Positions 57,315 to 64,000 of a stretch of DNA of 64,000 nucleotides are shown here, piece after piece (positions within the stretch are counted from its first letter, which is position 1; every line of letters starts with the position of its first letter). Origin of the DNA: Dehalococcoidia bacterium (GTDB lineage: Bacteria > Chloroflexota > Dehalococcoidia > Lucifugimonadales > UBA3495); contig OY761449.1 of the NCBI GenBank assembly GCA_963664375.1, positions 1,746,337-1,810,336 on the forward strand, read 5' to 3'. The translations under genes and the position numbers were made by a program. Under the pieces are notes generated by a model. It was not told the DNA's origin and did not search any database. It was given only the letters and a program-made list of their open reading frames with translations.

Positions 57315-60300
57315 CTACGAGAGGGCCTGCCGCACCAGGCCAGGCACGGCGGCCAGGGCCTCGTCCAGCTTTTCCGGCTGGCGCCCGCCAGCCTGCGCCA
57401 TCTCGGGGCGGCCGCCGCCGCCGCCGCCCATCAGCTTGGCCGCCTCGCGGGCAATGGTGCCAGCGTTGAGTCCGCGCTCCACCAGATCGCCGGTAACCAT
57501 GGTCACCAGGATCGGGCTGCCGCCGGAGAGTCCGCCCAGCGTCACCACGCAACTGGAGAGCTTGTCGCGGAGGAAGTCTCCCATCTCACGCATTCCGTCG
57601 GCATTCTGCGCCGAGGTGCGCCCGGAAACTACACGCACACCGTCCACATCGGCGACGCGCTGGAGCAGCGACTCAGCCTCGGAACGGAGCAGCGAGCGCT
57701 CCAGCGTGGCGAGGCGGCGGCGCAGGTCGTCGGTCTCCTGCATGTAGCTGTCCAGCCGCGCCTCCAGGTCGGCCACCGGGGTCTGCAAACGATTGGACAG
57801 CGCATCCAGGGTTGCCGACTGTTCCACGAACAGCGTCTCGGCGGCCCGGCCCGTTAGTGCCTCGACGCGGCGCATGCCGCCGCCGATGCTGGACTCGCCC
57901 AGCACCAGCAGCGTCCCCACCTGCCCGGTGGCAGAGACGTGGGTGCCCCCGCACACCTCGAAGCTGAAGGGGGCGGTCCCGTCCTCGGCCATGCGCACCA
58001 CGCGCACCACGTCGCCGTAGCGGTCGCCGAAGAACGCCAATGCGCCTTGCCGCACGGCGTCGGCATAGGACGTCTCTTGGGCTGATACCAGCAGGTTGGC
58101 CCGCACCTGTTCGTTGGACAGGGACTGCACGGCCAGCAGCTCGTCACGGGACATTCGTCCGACGTGGCTGAAGTCGAAGCGCAGCCGTTCCGGTGCCACC
58201 AGCGACCCCGCCTGCCGGACGTGCGGCCCCAGCACCGACCGCAGCGCGGCGTGCAGGATGTGGGTGCCGCTGTGGTTGCGCGAAGAGTCCAGACGCCGCG
58301 CCGAATCCACCGACGCCTGTACCGGGTCGCCGACGGCGATGTGCCCCTCCTCCACCACGCCCTTCTGCACGATCAGCCCGGCCACCGGCGACTGCGTATC
58401 TTCGACGCGGAACAGCCCGTTGGGGCTGCGGATGTAGCCCTGGTCGCCGAGCTGCCCGCCGCCCTCGGCGTAGAAAGGTGTGCGGCTAATGACCACCTCT
58501 GCCTGCTGACCCTGCGTGGCATGCCCCGACGATGCGCCGTCCACCAGCAGGGCCGCAACTACCGACTCTTGGTCGATGAGCGTGTGGCCGGTGAACTCGG
58601 TGCGCCCCGCGCCCAAGTTCTCGTAGGCGGTCAGCATCTCCATGCTGCCCTCGAACTGCTGCCCAGCCCGCGACTGCTCGCGCTGCCGTTCCATCTCCGC
58701 CTCGAATCCGTCCAAGTCCACGTCAAGGCCATGCTCGCGGGCAATCTCGGCGGTCAACTCAGGCGGGAAGCCGTAGGTGTCGTAGAGGACGAAGACAGTG
58801 GCACCTGGCAATGTAAGTGCTTTTCGCCTTAAATCCCGACCTAAACTCTCCAAATACTCCTGAAATTCGGCATCATCGCCGGCGGGGGGAGCTTCCAATA
58901 ACCTCTTGTCATACTCCTCCAAGTAGTCTTGCTCGGCTTCGCGAAGGCGTGGAAATACCGATAAACTAGTTCTCAAGTTTAACCCAACTTGCAAAATCAC
59001 TTGCTTAGCCCACCGAGCAACTAGGCTTATCGTGCGGACATCATTCAACAACAGTGGCCTAAGCCTAACAGCATCTGGAATCCTTCTCTCCCATGTATCA
59101 GCGATGGAAACCGAATTGAGATGCAATGGAATTATACGCTCCTCCAAAATCGGCAATCCGGTACTAACATTCTGCTGGAATCGCTCCTCCTCCAGATCCA
59201 CCACGCGCAGGATGAAGTTGCGGTTCAGGGACAGCTCGCCGTAGACGGCCTGGAAGCGGGGTATCACTTCCTGCACGACCTCGCCGAGGAAGGGGCCGGT
59301 TAGCCCCAGGCGGCGGCCGTAGCGGATGGCGCGGCGGATGACGCGGCGCAGCACGTAGCCCCGGCCCTCGTTGCCCGGCACCACGCCGTCGCCGATGAGG
59401 AACGCGGCGGCGCGGGCATGCTCGGCGATGACGCGGAGGGCGAAGTCGGTGTCGCTGTCTGCGCCGTACTCGCGCCCGGTGAGCTGGCAGGCTTTGGCGA
59501 TGATTGGAGTGAACAGGTCGGTTTCGTAGATGTTGTTCTTGTCTTGCAGGATGACGGCGGCGCGCTCCAACCCCATGCCGGTGTCCACGCTGGGAGCGGG
59601 CAGCGGCGTGCGGTTGCGCTCCGGGTCCTGGTAGTACTGCATGAATACCAGGTTCCACAGCTCGACGAACCGCTCGCAGTCGCAATTGGGGTGGCAGCCG
59701 TCTACGTCCCGGGCCGCGGCGCCGTCGCGCTCCTCGCGGAGCTGGGCGGTGAGCACGTCAATCGCCACCATCCGGCCGCCGCTGCAACCCTTCTCCACGC
59801 CGCCGTCGTAGTGAATCTCGGAACACGGGCCGGTAGGGCCCTCGGTGCCCGCTGGCCCCCACCAGTTGTCCTTGTCGCCGTAGCGGTAGATGCGCTCCGG
59901 AGGAACGCCCACCTGGTCGCGCCAGATGCCGTAAGCCTCGTCGTCGTCCAGGTGGATAGTGACGTAAAGGCGGTCGGGGGAGAGGCCGAATAGCTCCGTT
60001 ACCAGCTCCCAGGCGAAACCTACGGCGCCTTCCTTGAAGTAGTCGCCGATGCTGAAGTTGCCCAGCATCTCGAAGAACGTCAGGTGCTTGTGGTCGCCCA
60101 CCTCGTCGATGTCGGTGGTGCGGAAGCTCTTCTGGCTGCTGGTCAGGCGGCGCGAGGGCGGCGTCTGCTCGCCCATGAAGAACGGCTTGAACGGCACCAT
60201 CCCGGCGCTGGTGAACAGCAGCGTCGGGTCGCCGGCGGGGATGAGCGAGGCGGAGGGCATGTGCTGGTGCCCCTTGCTCTCGAAGTACTGGATAAAGGCA

Positions 60301-60323
60301 TCCCGTATCTGGTCGCCGTTCAT
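57315..60323 (-). CDS. alaS: Alanine--tRNA ligase with large internal insertion
   Basis: DPTLLFTSAGM, HLTFFEMLGNFS, DTGMGLER, LYDTYGFP, HSGTH/CGGTH editing motifs, GGGGGRP. Confidence 0.97.
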   Translation of the reverse strand: MNGDQIRDAFIQYFESKGHQHMPSASLIPAGDPTLLFTSAGMVPFKPFFMGEQTPPSRRLTSSQKSFRTTDIDEVGDHKHLTFFEMLGNFSIGDYFKEGAVGFAWELVTELFGLSPDRLYVTIHLDDDEAYGIWRDQVGVPPERIYRYGDKDNWWGPAGTEGPTGPCSEIHYDGGVEKGCSGGRMVAIDVLTAQLREERDGAAARDVDGCHPNCDCERFVELWNLVFMQYYQDPERNRTPLPAPSVDTGMGLERAAVILQDKNNIYETDLFTPIIAKACQLTGREYGADSDTDFALRVIAEHARAAAFLIGDGVVPGNEGRGYVLRRVIRRAIRYGRRLGLTGPFLGEVVQEVIPRFQAVYGELSLNRNFILRVVDLEEERFQQNVSTGLPILEERIIPLHLNSVSIADTWERRIPDAVRLRPLLLNDVRTISLVARWAKQVILQVGLNLRTSLSVFPRLREAEQDYLEEYDKRLLEAPPAGDDAEFQEYLESLGRDLRRKALTLPGATVFVLYDTYGFPPELTAEIAREHGLDVDLDGFEAEMERQREQSRAGQQFEGSMEMLTAYENLGAGRTEFTGHTLIDQESVVAALLVDGASSGHATQGQQAEVVISRTPFYAEGGGQLGDQGYIRSPNGLFRVEDTQSPVAGLIVQKGVVEEGHIAVGDPVQASVDSARRLDSSRNHSGTHILHAALRSVLGPHVRQAGSLVAPERLRFDFSHVGRMSRDELLAVQSLSNEQVRANLLVSAQETSYADAVRQGALAFFGDRYGDVVRVVRMAEDGTAPFSFEVCGGTHVSATGQVGTLLVLGESSIGGGMRRVEALTGRAAETLFVEQSATLDALSNRLQTPVADLEARLDSYMQETDDLRRRLATLERSLLRSEAESLLQRVADVDGVRVVSGRTSAQNADGMREMGDFLRDKLSSCVVTLGGLSGGSPILVTMVTGDLVERGLNAGTIAREAAKLMGGGGGGRPEMAQAGGRQPEKLDEALAAVPGLVRQALS

Positions 60324-60463
60324 GCGCCTGAACCCTCGCGTAGATTGTGGGCAAATAGAGTGGCTAAGATTGTATTTGCGGGCGCAATACCAGTCAACGG
60401 CGGGCCGGAGTATAGTAGGGTTGAGGTTCGCAGAGGACGGCAGGGGGCCGTCTTGGAGGGATT

Positions 60464-62269
60464 ATGGGGACGCTGAACGTGGCTAACCGGACGCTGGCCG
60501 TCATGGACAACTACCCGTTTTTGCGGGCGCTGAACAACGAGTGCGTTGACCTGATTGCCATCGACCCGCCCTTTGCCGCCAACGAGACCTTTACCAGCAA
60601 GCCGCGGCCGCCCATCACGCAGACGGAGTTCGACGAAGAGGTGGCGCTGGCGGCGGCGCACGGCGTCGCCCACAACGAGGGCATCGGCGAATCCCGCGTT
60701 CGGGACTTCTGGAACTGGGACTATGACATTCACCCGGCCTGGAAGATGCGGATTCAGGACGATTACCCGAAAGTATATGCAGTCATCGAGGCGGTGGAAG
60801 CCTGCGCTACGGAGAACGAAGCGGCCTACATCTGCTTTATGGCCGTCCGGCTGATTGAGTGCCATCGCGTGTTGAAGCCCACGGGCAGCATCTATATTCA
60901 TTGCGACGACCGCGCCAACGGCTATCTGCGGATGTTGCTGGACGCCCTGTTCGGTTTGGAGAACCGTCGTAATGAGATAGTTTGGAACCGGAGTGGCGGA
61001 CGCTCCGACTCAAATAGCTGGGGAAGGGTAACGGACCATCTTCTCTTCTATACAAAGAGCGCCTCATACACTTGGAACAGACAGTACCGGCCACTCAACC
61101 CCGACTATGTTCGCAGAAACTACCGGTACGACGACGATGACGGTAGAGGGCCGTACCGAAAATTGCCCTTGCACGCCGCGGGTGTCAGAGCGGGCGAGTC
61201 CGGGGCTGTCTGGAACGACTACGAACCGGGACGGCACAACAGGCATTGGGCAACTCCAACCAAGGGGAATATGCACAATTTCATCGTGGAAAACGGAATA
61301 CTCCCCGGCTGGCCGGATTCCTATCCCTCAGTGCAGGACAAATTGGAAGCATTGGATTCCCATGGGTTGGTGGTGCATTCTGAAACGTATCTGCCGGAAA
61401 TTAAAACTTATCTGTCAGCAAGCAGGGGGACTGCCTCGACGGACTTTATTGCCGACATCCCAATGGCGTCAGGAAATGAAGATACCGGCTATGCCACGCA
61501 AAAACCGTTAGCCTTGTATCAGAGAATTGTTGCGGCGTCCAGCAATCCCGGCGACGTGGTGCTGGACGTCTTCGCGGGCTGCGCCACTACGGCCATGGCT
61601 GCCGAGAACCTGGGCCGCCAGTGGATAGCTTGCGACATGGCCTACCGCGCCTGGACGATGCTGAAGCGGCGGTTTTACCTGAGCGGGATTGCGTTGGAGG
61701 GAATGACGGATTCGACGCGGGCGGCGCTGGCGTCGGTGCGGAAGGGCAGGGGGTTCCAGGAGCCGCAGCAGTGGACTACCAGCTACGTTATCGGGCCGGG
61801 GGAGCTGCCGACGCGGGATGACGTGGACCCGGGGCCAGCGGCGGAGTTGGAGCAGACGCGCCGGGGAGCGCGGCGGTCTACGCAGTCGGCGGGCTGGTCA
61901 GGGCGGATTGGGAAGGAGGAGGCGAAGGAATTGCTTATCCAGCGGTTCGGGCCGGTATGCTGGGGCTGCGGGTATGAGCCGCGCCGCCCCAACGGGTCGC
62001 TGGACTGGACGCTGCTGGAAGTAGACCACATACGGGCGCGGCGAGCGGCGGAGGGAACGGCAGGGGATGACAAGCTGTACAACCTGGCGCTGTTGCACCG
62101 CACCTGCAACGGCATCAAGCGCAACCGGCTGACGCTGGAGGAGCTGCGGCGCTATAACGCGGACAACGGACTGCTGTACGTGGATACCGTGGGGCAACTG
62201 GTGGATTTGTTCGAGGCTACCCGGTTTGCAGCGCTCGAGATTGGGCGGCGCATGGCAGAGGGTGATTGA
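60464..62269 (+). CDS. Beta-class amino-DNA methyltransferase fused to C-terminal HNH endonuclease
   Basis: IDPPF, RNEIVW, GYATQKP, DVFAGCATT; CWGC..LEVDHI..NLALLHRTCN. Confidence 0.88.
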   Translation: MGTLNVANRTLAVMDNYPFLRALNNECVDLIAIDPPFAANETFTSKPRPPITQTEFDEEVALAAAHGVAHNEGIGESRVRDFWNWDYDIHPAWKMRIQDDYPKVYAVIEAVEACATENEAAYICFMAVRLIECHRVLKPTGSIYIHCDDRANGYLRMLLDALFGLENRRNEIVWNRSGGRSDSNSWGRVTDHLLFYTKSASYTWNRQYRPLNPDYVRRNYRYDDDDGRGPYRKLPLHAAGVRAGESGAVWNDYEPGRHNRHWATPTKGNMHNFIVENGILPGWPDSYPSVQDKLEALDSHGLVVHSETYLPEIKTYLSASRGTASTDFIADIPMASGNEDTGYATQKPLALYQRIVAASSNPGDVVLDVFAGCATTAMAAENLGRQWIACDMAYRAWTMLKRRFYLSGIALEGMTDSTRAALASVRKGRGFQEPQQWTTSYVIGPGELPTRDDVDPGPAAELEQTRRGARRSTQSAGWSGRIGKEEAKELLIQRFGPVCWGCGYEPRRPNGSLDWTLLEVDHIRARRAAEGTAGDDKLYNLALLHRTCNGIKRNRLTLEELRRYNADNGLLYVDTVGQLVDLFEATRFAALEIGRRMAEGD

Positions 62270-62294
62270 CGCAAAGACGCAGAGGGGTATGAGT

Positions 62295-62322
62295 AAAAAG
62301 CCCGGAATTTCCGGGCCTTTTA
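62295..62322. terminator. Bidirectional terminator between convergent genes
   Basis: AAAAAGCCCGGAATTTCCGGGCCTTTT. Confidence 0.7.
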
Positions 62323-62345
62323 CTTCAAGCACACGGAGATGTCAA

Positions 62346-62717
62346 TCAAATTGACCTCGCTCTTATTCTTTTCGGGATTAGGCCATACTCCAATGGGTCA
62401 ACCATCAAGCCAAAGGTTTCCAAGGTAGTTGCTCCCAAGAGAAATTCGCCTTCGTTCGGGGAGAAATATACGGGGCAGGTCCACACCTTGTCAGACCCCT
62501 GTATCTGAATTCTCGCCTGCCCAACCGCCCAATCAGCCTGCTCCTGATTGGCGAACTCTACGGTAACGCAGTCATTGGGCGTGATGTGGAGGGCGTCAAG
62601 CGTCTTTGCGGGCAGGGTTGTATGAACGGAGCCGGTGTCAACCAGAACATCCGAAATCGGTATCATTTCACCGCCGTCCTGGTGTCCCACCATGATGTTG
62701 ACGGATACTTGTCCCAT
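62346..62717 (-). CDS. Clan AA (retropepsin-like) aspartic protease
   Basis: VLVDTGS and LLGATTLE..GLMVDP. Confidence 0.82.
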   Translation of the reverse strand: MGQVSVNIMVGHQDGGEMIPISDVLVDTGSVHTTLPAKTLDALHITPNDCVTVEFANQEQADWAVGQARIQIQGSDKVWTCPVYFSPNEGEFLLGATTLETFGLMVDPLEYGLIPKRIRARSI

Positions 62718-62770
62718 GATGCGCTCCCAAATGCGTCCCGCTGCCGCACGTTCGGGAATAGCGGGCTGCG

Positions 62771-63160
62771 CTAATCCGGCCGCCAGTTTTCGGACTGTAG
62801 CCGCTTGAAAATTTCCTCGGGAGACTCGCCGGATTCTTCGCTTTGGCGTTCAGCCTCCCGCCACATGGCGGCGCCGACGGCCTGATTTTCCAGCTCCCGT
62901 TCCCGCTCCCGTTCCCGCATTTCCTCCTCTCGCTTCAGTTTCCTCGCTTCGTAATTCTCGATTGCCCGCAATGCCAGTACCATAAGCAGCCACACTCCCG
63001 TTTCCAGCGCCGCGAAGGACGCCGTGTAGAATAGTATCCCGCCGGAGGCGTATCTTGCCGCAATCGCAAACTCTGCCTGCGAGTTCCACCACCATCCCAC
63101 GCCCTCGGCTTGGGACAGCCAGAGCGTCACCAGCAACGAGCCCATGGGCGTAGCCGCCAT
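62771..63160 (-). CDS. Hypothetical membrane protein with charged tail (possibly interrupted upstream by an in-frame TAG)
   Basis: TM segments then R/E-rich helix; frame extends to TTG 63241 across TAG 63188-63190. Confidence 0.55.
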   Translation of the reverse strand: MAATPMGSLLVTLWLSQAEGVGWWWNSQAEFAIAARYASGGILFYTASFAALETGVWLLMVLALRAIENYEARKLKREEEMRERERERELENQAVGAAMWREAERQSEESGESPEEIFKRLQSENWRPD

Positions 63161-63624
63161 CTGGATGCGGAGCCAGTTCTCTCGCCACTACTCCAAAAGC
63201 GACCGTATCCAACCCAACACCTGCGCCGCCCATGAATCCAAGTGTTTGCTATCTCCCGCCCCACAACCAAAGGATAGAGAGTCACACCACGCCTGGGCGA
63301 ACCGTTTTAGCTACGGCGGTGGCACCCCTATCATAGCACGGACGGACACGCAGGCCGGTGGCGCGGATTGTGGGTACGGACGTCTGATGATGCGTGGGAT
63401 TTCACCCCCACCCTAACCCTCCCCCTGAGGGGGAGGGGATTTTTTCTCTGGGGGCGAAACGGGCGGCTGCGTGTCTGCTGCGTCTTGAAATGGCGGCGGC
63501 GGGGGAATAAAATTCAGGCCCAATCCGGCGGCTTGCCGTCAGCGTAGTACCGGCAGGACTGTTATGATGGAAGCAGAAATTTCCGGCCAGCGGGTCGGCA
63601 GATAGAGACGAATCGGGAGGTGCA

Positions 63625-63888
63625 ATGGATTCCAGCATCATCGGCAAGATAGACAAGGCGAGGAAATACGCCGAGGAAAAAGAGCGGGTCAGCATCAACA
63701 GCTTTTCCGCCACTTTCCAGGGCAACCACAACAGCTACGACGTGTCGTTCAACGCCGGGGCTTGGGACTGTGAGTGCCACTTCTTCGCCACCAGGGCCGT
63801 TTGCAGCCACACCATGGCGCTTCAGAGGATGCTGGACGACGTGCTAGCCAAGGTATCGGCGCAACCCGAAACCGCTGAGGCGAAATAG
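63625..63888 (+). CDS. Small SWIM-type zinc-finger protein
   Basis: GGAGG RBS; WDCEC..F....CSH. Confidence 0.8.
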   Translation: MDSSIIGKIDKARKYAEEKERVSINSFSATFQGNHNSYDVSFNAGAWDCECHFFATRAVCSHTMALQRMLDDVLAKVSAQPETAEAK

Positions 63889-63916
63889 CGCGTTTCATTC
63901 GTTCCTGCATCTTTGG

Positions 63917-63950
63917 GGGCCGGAGACTGTTCTCCGGCCTTTTTTGTTTT
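63917..63950 (+). terminator. Intrinsic terminator
   Basis: GGCCGGAGA-CTGT-TCTCCGGCC followed by T-run. Confidence 0.8.
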
Positions 63951-64000
63951 CGCACAGGCCGCCTGCCGCGTAATTGTCTGAACTGTGATTTATTTGATTC

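Noticed and set aside
58795-59182. alaS insert as intein or self-splicing intron
   Set aside because: No Cys/Ser start or His-Asn end, no homing endonuclease motif; frame is open throughout.

Overview
GC-rich bacterial chromosome segment. Gene content (LLM oxidoreductase, CoA-transferase III, several PlsY paralogues, Pro/Thr-rich lipoproteins, GAAC-N4-GTTC-type SOS box) suggests Chloroflexota, probably Dehalococcoidia/SAR202-like (inference). It carries housekeeping genes (trpS, recA-recX, rny-ymdB, dnaJ-prmA, ribH, alaS-ruvX, tRNA-Gln), an ino1-pimA-like-pgsA inositol-lipid operon, a kinase/PP2C pair and a MoxR-DUF58-DUF4129 operon. A ~19 kb cobalamin region has two divergent B12-riboswitch operons: btuCFD-cobTS-cbiB-cobD-cobU-pduX, and cbiE-like-cobN-hutX-like-cbtBA-chlID. 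Most striking points: (1) at least seven families of short palindromic repeats that nest inside each other, appear in flipped arrangements, and are inserted in-frame in cob genes or supply stop codons; (2) a low-GC cassette adding ~105 aa in-frame inside alaS, next to an MTase-HNH gene with a low-GC specificity region; (3) a probable UXX-star selenoprotein with a SECIS-like hairpin; (4) a 6S-like RNA candidate. All calls rest on reading motifs by eye; no database searches were run.
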